Origin: an uncultured bacterium | Lineage (GTDB): Bacteria; Chloroflexota; UBA5177; JANWHV01 | Direction: 5' to 3' | Assembly: GCA_963827235.1 (NCBI GenBank) | Contig: CAWHAE010000015.1 | Span: 89,230-153,229, forward strand | DNA length: 64,000 nt | In this document: piece after piece, positions 32,201-43,875 of the stretch | Layout of the letters: the number at the start of each line of letters is the position of its first letter | Position numbering within the stretch: position 1 is the first letter of the stretch | The notes under the pieces: model-generated | What the model was told of the DNA's origin: nothing | Databases searched by the model: none | The model's input: only the letters and a program-made list of their open reading frames with translations | Program-made: the position numbers and the translations under genes

Positions 32201-35200
32201 ATGTCGAAGTGGTGCAGCACGGTGGTGCCGTTGACCGCCACGTCGAACACGCGCTGGCCCGGGCTGTAGAAGGTGTTGTCCGTGAAGTGCAGGCGGAGGG
32301 TGTACCAGCCGTCTGGGGTCAGGTTGGGAATGGTGTAGGTGAAGTCGCCCAGCCGCTCGGTCTGGTAGACCTCGGCCGGCGGCGGGTCGACCACGCCGTT
32401 GGAGTCGACGAGCCCGGTCTGGTTGCCGGTGTCGCCGCCGCTCACGTCCGTGTCGGCCACGAAGACGCCGGCTCCGTTGCCGCCGCTGTCGATGGCAATC
32501 ACGGGAGTGGCCGTGGCGGCCGGTGTCGCCGGCGTGCAGGCCGTCTCCACGGCCGGGAACACCTGCACCGCCGACACCTCCGCATTGTCGCTGATCGACA
32601 CGAAGTAGATGACGATATGCCCCCGGTCGTCGGCATGGGTCGCGAACGTGCGCGTCACGGCCACGTCCCGGCCGCCCGCCGCCCCTTCGATGTCGAAGTG
32701 GGAAAGCACCTGATCGCCGTTGATGTTCACGTCGGAGATGCGCCCGCCCGGCTGGTCGTAATACAGCTCGGCGAAGTGCAGCCGTACGCGGTAGGGAGCA
32801 TCGGCCGTCAAGCCGGGAATGTCGTAGCGGAAGTAGCCGCCGTTGCGCTCGTTCTGGTACACCTCCTGCGGCGCAGGGTCGGTCACCCCGCTGGTGTCAA
32901 TCGTGTCGCCCGTGCCGTCGGTGGCGCCGTTGGCATACGCGTCGTCGTCGAACAGATAGGCTCCGCTGCCGTAGCCGCCGCTGTCCAGGGCCACCACGGC
33001 CGTGGGCGTGGCGGTGGCCGGGCCCCCAACCGTCGCGCAGGGGGGCAGGGGGTCGCTGGGGAACACCTCGATGGCGCTCACCGTCGCCTGGTCCAGGACG
33101 GAGATGAAGCGCAGGGCCACCTGGCCATTGGCGTCCGCGGTCACCACGAAGGAGCGCGTCACCGCCGTGTCCTGCAGCCCGGCCGCCGCCCAGACGTCGA
33201 AGCGGTGCAGCTCGGTGACGCCGTTGGCCAGCACGTCGAAGAGCCGCTGGTCGGCTCCGCCGTGGTTGAACTCCGCGAAGTGCAGGCGCACGCGGTAACT
33301 GGCGCCCGGGGTCAGACTGGGCACCACGTAGGTGAAATCGCCGAACATGGCCGCCTGGTAGACGTCCTCGGGCGCCGCGTCGGCCACGCCGGAGGTATCG
33401 ATGGGGTCGCCCGTGTTACCCGCACTGCCGTAACCGCCGCTGGTGCCGGGGTCGCCGGCGAAGCGGCCGTCGGCGTCACCTGCCACGCGGAAGGCGGCCA
33501 CAGCCGTCGCGGTGGCCGCCGGCGTCGCCGGCGCACAGGCGGGGGCCGGCCCATCGGCCGGGAAGACCTCCAGACCGCTCAGCTTGGCGTTGTCCACGAG
33601 GCTAACGAAGCTCAGGTCGGATATGGCCCAGGGCGTCGGCCGTGGCCGGCACGTCGCGCGTGATCGCCACGTCCTTGCCGCCTGCCGCCGCCAGGATGTC
33701 GAAGTGGTGCAGCACGGCCACGCCGCCGGCATCCACGTCGAACAGGCGCTCGCCGGGCTGGTCCCAATAGATCTCGGCGAAGTGCAGTCGCACGCGGTAG
33801 TAGCCACCCGGGGTCAGGTTGGGCAGCGTGTAGCTGAAGGTGCCGAAACGCTCCGTCTGGTAGACCGCCTGCGGCGCCGGATCGGTCACCCCGCTGGTAT
33901 CGATCGCGTCGCCGCTGTTGCTGGTCGCCCCACCCTGGTTGTCTTCGTCCGCCGCGTAGCCGTCCGCCACGTCGCCACCGGCGTCGATCGCCAGCACCGC
34001 CGTGGGCGTGGGACTGCTTGGCGTGGGCGATGCCGCACAGACCGGCAGGGGGTCGGCCGCCAGCACCTCCAGCCCGCTCACCATGGCCGTGTCCCGCTCG
34101 GCGTCGAAGCGCACCGCCAGCTGGCCGTTGCCGTCGGCCTGCACCGTGAAGCCGCGCACCACCGCCGTGTCCGTGGCGCCCGCCGCCGCCCACACGTCGA
34201 AATGCGAGAGCACCATGCTGCCGTTGATGCTCACGCTGAACAACCGTTGCCCGGGCCCGTTGTCCCAGTCGTCGGCAAAATGCAGCCGTACGGTGTAGGC
34301 ATCGCCGGCGGTCAGGCCTTCCACGAGGTACGCGAAGCTCCCCGCCGAGTAGCGTGCCGTCTGGTAGACCGCTGCCGGCGCCGCGTCCGTCGCCTGGCCG
34401 GTGTCGATGGTGTCGCCGCTCGTCAGCACGTCGCCGCCCAGCCAGCCGCTATCCGTGGCGAACGACCCTTCCGCGTCCCCGCCGGCGTTGATCGCCAGGG
34501 GTAGAGTGGCACTGCCGGGTAGCACCAGCGCGCGCCGGATAGCCTTGAACAATGGCCGGGCTCCCGTGCGGACCGGCGTCGCGGTAGCCGTGCGTGTGCG
34601 CGTCGCGGTAGCCGTGCGTGTGCGCGTCGCCGAGACGGTGCGTGAGGCGGTCGACGTCCGGCTCGTGGTCGCCGTGGCCGTGGGTGTGCCGCTGGCGGTC
34701 GGCGTCTCGGTCGCCGCCGTGGGCGTGTCGCTCTCGGTGGACGTATCCGTGACCGTGGGCGAGAAATCGGCCGTGGGCGTGCCGGTCGATGTATCCGTGA
34801 CGTTGCTTGTCGCCGTCGGGCTGGGCGTGCCGGTGGTCGTGTCCGTCGAGCTCGTGGCCGTGCCGGTGGTGGTCGCGGCGTCGCCGGGCACGGACCCGGT
34901 AGCCGTGTCCGTCGCCGAGGCAGGTGCCGTGGCCGTCGCGGTGTCGCTCGTCTGAGCGGACTCCGTGGCGGTGTCGCTGGGTTGGGCGGGCTCGGCAGCC
35001 GTGGCCGTGGCGCTCGGCTCGTCCTGGGCGTCGCGCGCCCGGCCTGCCGGCTTGACCGCGGCCTGCGCGGCGGCAGCAGTGCGCTGTGCCGATGTCGCGG
35101 CGCGGCTCATCGCCGTTGCCGGCGCGTGATAGTCGGTGAGGCCGGCAGGCACCGCCGCTACGCCCCGGGCCGCTCCCTGCAATCCGGCAACCGTCGACCC

Positions 35201-38200
35201 GAGCGCCGGCACCCTGCCGCCGCTCGTCATCTGTCCGCTCGTGGAGCTCAGGGACCACACGCTGCTCAGGGTCTGCGCTGCGCTGCCGGGCCTGTTCGCC
35301 TGGCCGGTGGCCAGATGCACGCTCGCGAACGTGGCGCCAAGCTGCTGGGTGACCACGTCCGGCGTCACCCCGTTCTCCGGCGTGTCGCTCACCGTGGCAG
35401 TGGCCGTATCCGCGTCGCCGATCGTGGCAGTGTCCGTGCCGGTGCCGATCGCCGTCGCGGTGTCCGTCCCAGCTGCCAAGGTGGCGGTGTCCGTGCCGGT
35501 CGCCGTGCCCCCGGTGTCGCTGGTCGCCGTCGTGGTCGGGCTGGCCGTCCCGGTGGGCACGCGGCCCAGGCCGCCGGCCGTCTCGGTGATGTCCGTGGTC
35601 CGTCCCGCCGCGTCGTAACCCCAGCTCACCCGGCTGTCCTGCGTGCTCAGGCTCACCTGCCGGCCCGCCGCGTCGTAGCCGTGCTGCACGTAGGTGCCGT
35701 CGGCATAGCTCGTCTGCAGCGGCTGGTTGTCCGCGTCGTAGGTGGTGGTGGCCACGTGCCCGGCGGCGTCCGTCACCACGATGGTATTCCCCACCGCGTC
35801 GTAGCCATAGGTGGTGGTGCGGCCCAGGGGGTCGCTGCCGCCGGTCAGGCGGCCGGCCAAGTCGTAGCGGTTCGTGCGCACGTGCCCGTTGGCGTCGGTC
35901 ACCGCGATGGTGTGGCCCAGGGCATCGTAGCCGTAGGTCGTGCGGTGGCCCGCCGGGTCGGTGACCGCAATCAGCCGGCCCGCCGCGTCATAGGTGTTGC
36001 CGGTGGTGCGGCCCAGGGGATCGCGCAGACTGGTCTGCCGGCCGTCCTGGTCGTAGCCGTAGCCGGTGACGTCCTGCAGCCCGTCGGCGCTGCTCAGCAG
36101 CCTGCCCGCCGCGTCGTAGGTCTTGCCGGTCACCCGGCCGGCCCCGTCCGTGATCAGGATGGCATGGCCCAGGGCGTCGTACTGGGTGAGCGTGAGGTCG
36201 TTGTTGCCGTCGTTGCTGCCCACCAGGCGGCCGGCGGCATCGTAGGCGCTGGCCGTCCAGCGGCCGGTGGCGTCGGTGACCAGCACGGCATGACCCAGGG
36301 CGTCGTACTGGGTGCGGGTGGTGTGGCCCAGGGCGTCGGTGCTCGCCACCAGCCGGCCGGCGGCATCGTAGGTGCTGCCGGTGGTGTGGCCCATCGGGTC
36401 GGTGACGCCGGTCTGCCGGCCCAGGGCATCGTAGGCGTAGCGCGTGGTGCGGCCCAGGGCGTCGGTATCGGCGGTCAGGCGGCCGTCCAGGTCGTAGCTG
36501 CTGGCGCGGGCATGGCCGTCCGCGTCGGTGACGGCGATGGTATGGCCCAGGGCGTCGTAGCCGTAGGCGGTGGTGGCGCCCACGGCGTCGGTGGCGGCAA
36601 GCAGCCTGCCCGCCGCGTCGTAGCTGCTCGTGTTCAGGCCACCCAGGGCGTCGGTGACGGCGATGGTGCGGCCCAGGGCATCGTAGGCGGTGCGGGTCAG
36701 GTTGCCCAGGGCGTCGGCGCTCGCGGTCAGCCGGCCGTCGCCATCGTAGCTGCTGCGGGTCACCGCGCCGGTGGGATCGGTGACGGCGATCGTGTGGCCA
36801 AGGGCGTCGTAGCCATACTGCGTGGCCTCGCCCAGGGCGTCGATGCCGGCGGTCAGGCGGCCGTCGGGGTCGTAGGTGCTGGTCGTCACGTTGCCCAGGG
36901 CGTCGGTGACGGCGATGGTGTGCCCGAGCGCGTCGTAGCCGTAGACGGTAGGATTGCCCAGCGCATCAATGCTGGTGAGCAGTCGGCCGCCGGCATCGTA
37001 CTGGCTGTAGGCGGTGTTGCCGCCCGCGTCGGTGACGGCGAAGGTGCGGCCCAGGGGGTCGTACTGGTAGCGCGTGCTATCGCCCAGCGGGTCGCTGCTG
37101 GCGACCTGACGTCCATCGGCATCGTAGCTGGTGCGCCACACCTTGCCCGCCGCGTCCTTGCGCGTGGTCTGCTCGCCGTCGGCGTCATAGCCGTAGCCGG
37201 TCGCGTAGCCCAGGGCGTCGGTGCTCCCTGTTAGCCGCCCCGCCGCGTCGTAGGCGCTCTGCGTCACCCCGCCCAGGGCATCGGTGACGGCAATGGTGCG
37301 GCCCAGCGCGTCGTAGCCGTACTCGGTCGGATTGCCCAACGCGTCCGTGCTCGCGGCCAGCCGGCCGTCGTCATCGTAGCTGCTGCGCGTCACGTTGCCC
37401 AGGGCATCGGTGACGGCGATCGAGCGCCCGAGCGCATCGTAGCCGTAGCTCGTAATGTTGCCCAGGGCGTCCGTGCTGCTGCTCAGCCGCCCGCCCAGGT
37501 CGTAGCTGCTCCCGGTCACGTTGCCCAGGGCGTCGGTGACGGCAATGGTGTGGCCCAGGGCGTCGTAGCCGTAGCGCGTCGTGTAGCCCAGGGCATCGGT
37601 GCTCGCGGCCAGGCGCCCGTCGGCGTCATAGGTGCTGCGCGTCGTGTAGCCCGCCGCGTCCGTCACCGCGATGGTGCGGCCCAGGGCATCGTAGCCGTAC
37701 GCGGTGCCGTTCCCGAGCGCATCCACGCTCAGCGCCAGCCGGCCGTCGCCGTCGTAGCTGCTCGTGCTCACGTTGCCCAGGGCATCGGTGACGGCGATCG
37801 TGTGTCCGAGCGCGTCGTAGCCGTAGCTTGTGCCGTTGCCCATGGCATCGGTGCTCACCAGCAGGCGGCCGTCCGCGTCGTAGCTGCTGCTGGTCGAGCG
37901 GCCCAGCGGATCGCTGCGCCGCACCTGGCGTCCATCGGCGTCGTACCGGTAGCTCGTCGCCCCGCCCAGCGCGTCGGTGCTGGTCACCAGCTCGCCGTCC
38001 GCGTCGTACTGGCTGGCCGTCACGTTGCCCAGCGCGTCGGTGACGGCAATGGTGTGGCCGAGCGCGTCATAGTCGTAGCTGGTGCCGTTGCCCAGGGCAT
38101 CCGTGCTCTCGGCCAGGCGGCCGTCCGCGTCGTAGCTGCTCTGGGTCACCCCGCTCAGCGGGTCGGTGACCGCGATGGTGCGGCCCAGGGCGTCGTAGCC

Positions 38201-41200
38201 GTAGGCGGTCGCGTTCCCCAGGGCGTCCGTGCTCGTCTGCAGCCGGCCATCCGCATCGTAGGCGCTCCGCGTCACCCCGCCCAGGGCATCGGTGACGGCA
38301 ATGGTGTGCCCGAGCGCGTCGTAGCCGTAGCTCGTACTGTTGCCCAGGGCATCGATGCTGCTGCTCAGCCGCCCGTCCGCGTCGTAGGTGCTGCGCGTCA
38401 CGTTGCCCAGGGGATCGGTGACGGCGATCGTGTGGCCGAGCGCGTCGTAGCCGTAGGTCGTCGTATTGCTCAGGGCATCGGTGCCGGCGGCCAGCCGGCC
38501 CTCGGCGTCGTAGGTGCTGCGGGTCACGTTCCCGCCGGCGTCGGTGACGGCAATCGTCTGGCCGAGGGCGTCGTAGCCGTAGGTGGTGGCGTTGCCCAGG
38601 GCGTCGGTGCTGGTCAGCAGGCGGCCGTTGCCGTCGTAAGCGCTCTGCGTCACGTTGCCCAGCGGGTCGGTCACTGCGATGGTGCGGCCCAGCTCGTCGT
38701 ACAGGTAACCCGTGCCGCGGCCCAGGGCATCCGTCTTGCCGATCAGCCGCCCGGCCTGGTCGTACGCGTAGGCGGTGGCGTTGCCCAGCGCGTCCACGCT
38801 CTGCACGAGCTGGCCCGCAGTGTCGTACACGTCGTGCGCCGTGCGGTTGCCCAGGGCGTCGTAGCTATCGGTCAGCCGCCCGTCGGCGTCGTACACGCTG
38901 CGGCTCACCCCGCCCAACGGGTCGGTGACGGCGATCGTGTGCCCGAGCGCGTCGTAGCCGTACTGCGTCACGTTGCCCAGGGCGTCGATGCTCTCCGCCA
39001 GCTCGCCCGCCGTGTTGTACACACTCTGCGTCACGTCGCCCGCCGCGTCGGTGACCGCGATCGTGCGCCCCAGGGCGTCGTAGGCGTACTGCGTCTCGTT
39101 GCCCAGGGCGTCGGTCACCGCGATCGTGTGGCCCAGGCTGTCGTACTGGTAGCTGGTGGTGTGGCCCAGGGCGTCGGTCACCGCCAACGGCCGGCCCAGG
39201 GCGTCGTAGCTGGTATGTGTGGTGCTGCCGTCCGAGGCCGTCTCGCCGGTCTGGTTGCCCTGGTCGTCGTAGGAGTAAGTGGTCACCCGGCCCAGCGCGT
39301 CCGTGCTGGTCAGCAGGTTGCCCTGCGCGTCGTACTGGTCGCTCTCCTGGGTCTGCCCCGTGGCGTCGGTGCTGCTCAGCAGGTTGCCCTGCGCGTCGTA
39401 GGTGTAGCTGCTGGTGAAACCGCGGGCATCGGTGTGGCTGGTCAGGTCGCCCGCGGCGTCATAGCCGTTGGCGCTCAGGTCCCCCAAGCCGTCCACGCTG
39501 CTCGTCTGGTCCCCCTGATCGTCGTAGCTGCCGTTCGTGCTGATCGTGCCCTGGCTGCCCGTCTGCGTGCCGCCGATCGCGTGGTTGCCCAGGTCCACGG
39601 CGATCGTGCTGCCGTTGCCCAGCGCGTCCGTGCCGCTGCGCAGCCGCCCGTGGTCGTCGTAGCAGTCGCTGCTCACCCCGCCCAGGGGGTCGGTGACCTG
39701 GGTGCAGCTCGTCGCCCCCGTTCCCGAGCTGCCGCTGCTTGCTCCGTAGCTGAAGCTGTAGGATCGGCTTGAAGTCGGCAGGGTCACGCTGCTCACCCGG
39801 GCCTGGCTGTCGTAGGCGATCTGGGTCGTCTCGCCCGCCGCATCCTGAATCTGGGTCAGCAGGTAGCCCGTGCCCGCAGCGTTGGCGGCGTACTGCATCT
39901 GCTGGGTCGTCTGACTGTTCACTGTCACCGCAGTCAGGTTGCCGTTGTCGTCGTAGGAGTACTGGACGTCGGTGGGCCCGTGTGGGGGCGCGCCCGCGCT
40001 CTCTATCTCGCGAATCCGGCCAGTGGTGTCGCTGCTCACCTGCAGGGTGTTCGTATAGGCGTCGGTAATCGTCGTGAGCTGCTCGGTGCCCGGCGTATAG
40101 GTCAGGGCCAGCTCGGGGCTATCCAGGTGCTTGTGATCCTGACTGGTCACGTACACCAGTAGCCCCTGCTGATTGAACCAGGCTCCGCAACCGTTGTCGC
40201 AGTACTTGGTCTCGAAGAGGTCCGCCGTGGGGGAGTAGACCAGCGTGGCGTCGGCCGGCGAGCCCGGCACGGGCGTAAACGTCTCACCGCCGTCGCTGGA
40301 GGTGAAGGCGATCTCCTGCCCGTCTGAGAGCACGTGCACGGCCCCTGTGATTGGCTCAGTTGCGCTGCCCACACTGGCGCCCTGCGGGCTGAAGTCCAGC
40401 TGTTCGTCTACGTTGCTGGTCCAGCCTGGCCCAAAGGGCTGGTAGGCGAGCTGGCCCGCGCACCGGCTGTTGTAGGTGCGCTGCATGCTCAGCAGGCTCT
40501 CGCTGCCGCCCAGGCTCAGGTCGGCCGGCGCCTGGTAGAAGTAGTTGCCGCTCCCCGTGTCCGTCCCTGCCGCGCTGCTGCGGTCGCTGCCTGCCACCTT
40601 CGGCTCAGAGCCACCGCCCACGCCGATCTGGCACAGCGGCGGGATCGGCCCGTCCGCTTGCACCGTGATCGGTACCTGCACGCTGTCGGTATCGCTCTGG
40701 GCGTCCACGGCGGTGACCGTGGCCGTATACACCCCCGGAGGCACGATCTGCCCGGCGTAGCTGCCCGTGTCTGCCTTGCCGTCCCAGCGCCAGGGCGCGA
40801 TCTGGCCGGCCCGCACGGTGGAGGTGAACGTGCGCACGGTGGCACCCGTCGACATGGCGACCGTCGCCGTCAGCGCGAACGGGCCAGCGGCGCCGCTCAC
40901 CGTCGAGGTCAGCACCGTGGTCTGGTCGCCCTGCGGGAAGAAGCGGGCCGGTACCGCGCCTGCAAGCACCGCCACCGGGGGAACTGTTGCCACGATGGTG
41001 CCGCTGTCGCCGACCGCGAAGCAGACAGTGTCACTGAGGCAGCTGATACCCCTGAGTGCTCTGGTTGTCCCCGAGCCTCGACTGGTCCAGGTGCTGCCAC
41101 TGTCCATGGTGGCAAGGAGCAGACCGCCGCTACCGGCGACGAAGCAGGTGTCAACAGATGAACAGCCGACCCCATACGGATAGCCCGAGCCGTCCCACGT

Positions 41201-42610
41201 GTACCAGTTTTGCCCGCCATCGTGTGTTTCCAGGATCGAAATCGGCATCCATTGATCTGTGGCAGAACTTATCTTCGCGGCAGCAGTGTGCGAGGCTCGA
41301 ACCACGGATCCAGAAGGTAGGATGTTCCAACTGGTCGCGAAACAGACAGAAGCGCTAGGACAACTGATGCCGTCCAGGGATGTCCCGATGTATCCCCCTA
41401 GCATCGTCCAGGTATCCCCGGCGTCATGCGTGATCGCCATTGCGCCAAGCATGGCGACAGCGAAGCACGTGCTCACTGCGGGACAGCTGATCCCCTGGAA
41501 CTCTCGACTCATGGAAGCGGTATGCGAGGCCCATGTAGCGCCACCGTCATGTGTGACCACGAACACACCATCGATCCCGTACGGCAGCACGCCACCAACG
41601 GCAACGCATATCGTGACGGTGGGGCAACTGATGCTAGCTAGCGACCAGTTGCCCGACGTTGACTGCGTCCAGGATGCGCCTCCGTCGGTGGTAGCTAGGA
41701 TCGTGGCGCCGCCGAGCGCAAAGCAGGCCTGTACGCTTGGGCAGCTCACGCCCGCAAGGTCAGTGGTCACGCCTGAGTTGTCCAGCGTCCATGTCGCGCC
41801 ATCGTTGTGCGTGGACAGGATCGTGCCCTCGTTACCCACTGCGACGCAGCTGCTGGTGCCGGCAACGCAGCTAATGGCCGCCAGGCCGTTCGTCGTGCCT
41901 GAGCTCTGCGCCGCCCAAGGAAGTAGCTGGCTCGCAGCATCCGTCGATTGCACTGCCAGGCGTGCAGTGCCCAGGTCGTCGGAATTGCCCGAGCGCGTCA
42001 TTCCGTTGGCTCCGCCGCCGTCGCGTTGGGCTCGCACTACGAGAGCCACGCCGGCTTGGGAGGTGACGGTCGTGCGATCACCCGGCCGTACTGCCGCCAA
42101 TGCAACGCGGCTACCGTTGAGAGAGACAGCCGTCTCAGGCTCAACACGGAAGGCCGCAAGGTGTGTGCCCAGACGCACGACTACCGACGAAGCGGAGCGG
42201 CGCACCAGCGTCCCCACGGCCTGCTCCATGCGGTGTTGTTGTGCCGGTTTAGCGGCAGAACGGTGGGACAAGCCCGTGCTCGGTACGCGGTCTAGTCGAG
42301 ACAACTTCCCTGCCGGTCGGGTAGTGAGCAGCGGCGGCACCGGTCCCGGCTCAACGAGCCGCGCCACCTGCGCTTTGTGCGCAGCAACAGGCGCCACCCG
42401 CTTGGGTGCTGCAGGTGCGCTGTGCCGCGAGGTGGGCAGGTTCCAGGCGCGCGGTGTGGGCACACTCGTCCCTTGTACCGCCGCGGGAGCACCGTGATGT
42501 ATGGCGGAGGTTGGCCGCGCCACCTGGGCGCTTGCCTGGGCCAGCGGGCTCAGGCTCTGCAGAACCAGTACTGCAATCGTCGTCCATGCCAGAATCGGGC
42601 GTTTCCGCAC
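26206..42610 (-). CDS. Giant Sec-exported Rhs toxin (about 5,470 aa; +1 frameshift near 33620) with HINT and NucA/NucB DNase tip
   Basis: GGAGG-7nt-GTG start, signal peptide (RKR..LAQA); track ORFs 33602-42676 and 26206-33807 join within malectin 2; YD repeats; PTDGTDPSG; CFPAD...VHN; tip DRDEFPMAMFAEGGKGAS...DNRG. Confidence 0.9.
26578..26997 (-). other. Pre-toxin HINT (bacterial intein-like) domain of the main gene
   Basis: C1-FP, TxxHPF block B, VYTLTV..DH..FV...VHN; 140 aa; paralogs at 9743-10162, 58798-59217 and 62339-62758. Confidence 0.92.
31570..34500 (-). repeat. Six tandem malectin-like domains
   Basis: Six copies of AI(N/D)xGG...VYQTxR...YxVRLHF(A/T)(E/D)...RxFxV...SGxEV. Confidence 0.88.
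34576..34630. repeat. 24-bp tandem repeat (about 2.3 copies; TRTRTATA) in the Thr-rich linker
   Basis: GCGTCGCGGTAGCCGTGCGTGTGC x2 plus a partial copy. Confidence 0.8.
35590..39700 (-). repeat. YD-repeat array (63-bp units pairing into a 126-bp higher-order unit)
   Basis: Alternating YDALG(H/R)TIAVTDALG and YDADGRLxxSTDALG. Confidence 0.92.
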
Positions 42611-43875
42611 GGGACTACCTCCTCTGTTACCTCGCTGCGCGCACGCGCCGCTTTCTGCGGCGCCTCGGGCGGTCACGGCTGCCGGCCACGATCGGCCCGC
42701 TCTCCGGGCGGCGGACCGCCATCATGCCGGTCATGGATGAGCTGGTTCTCTGGCTGGTCCGCCGGCGCTCTGTGCCGGCGAGCGCGCGATGTGAGGGACG
42801 CGGACTCGGCGCGCTGGATGACTGCCTCGCCTGCGCGCCGTGCAGCACTGTCCCCGGCGTGTGGCTGCCTGCGCCCGGTGACGAGATGCGCAGCCGGCTG
42901 CGGGGAGAGCTACCGGCGGAGCCCGAAACCTGTGCGGACCCTGGCGGTGCGGTCGCAGAACCCCGCGCCTCGAGCGCACGCATCTTGCGGGCAAGGCGTG
43001 CCTGGCTACCGGCCCAGGCCGCGATCGGCTGCCTGCTCATAGCGCACATACCCCCACCACTGCGCGTCCAATGCGCGCGACGAGTGGCCGGCAAGCCACG
43101 AGCAGCGCCCTTCCCTGCGAGCGCGCGGCTGAACCGGCGACTCGACCTGCGTCGCGCTGTTCCGACTGAGCGGTCTCAAGGCAGCACGACAAGCGTGCAC
43201 GGTTGCACGAAATGCCGCAATGCTACAGAGGCGATGCGTCGCGGTCGGGCAAATCAAAACGACGCTTCCGGCACGCATCATAGTCCCGAGCGGCCCCGGC
43301 TGTCAAGCATCTCCCTCCGGATATCTTCGCATCTCATTCCGTCTCCCTCTGCCGGGTGGCGGGCACCGTGTGGGGATGCAGTATGACGAGCTCCACAACA
43401 ATAACTGTTTCAATTCGTTATTCGACGAATAAAGGGGGTTCTGCCGCGGCGCCACATTGGCGGGTCGATCGGTGGGACCTGCCCCCGCCGGCCGTGATAC
43501 GCCGCCGTAGACCGACCCACCAGCGTCGGCGAAGACATCGCGTGCACATGCCAGTCTCCGTCTGTATCCTATACATAACGTTCTATTTGGCCGCCGTGGC
43601 GCGGCAGATACTGGACACGCGGGCAGGTCTGCCGGTACCATGCCGCCGGTGCCGATGTCGCCCGTGCGCAGTGAGCCGGACGGCCCGGCATCGTGCGGGT
43701 CGCCGGGCCTGCGTTCGGCGGTCTGCTCGGGCCAGGGCGGGAATAGCGGGATCGGACTGAAGCTCGCAGTGCACGGGCCACCCGGTGTACGGGCATGCCC
43801 GGCACAGTGGCGCCGGCTTCGGCTGCGACGCGCGCGCATTCCACCCTGGCAGTGCTCTAGTGTGAGGATCTCCCC

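Noticed and set aside
35590-39700. CRISPR-like periodicity
   Set aside because: The repeats are in-frame coding YD units without unique spacers, and there are no cas genes
27619-39772. Very long + strand ORFs (27619-32103, 34982-37234, 37550-39772)
   Set aside because: Antisense shadows of the GC-rich repetitive rhs gene, with no recognisable domains
42627-43386. ORFs in the rhs upstream region
   Set aside because: Low-complexity translations in both directions without coding-like features; treated as intergenic
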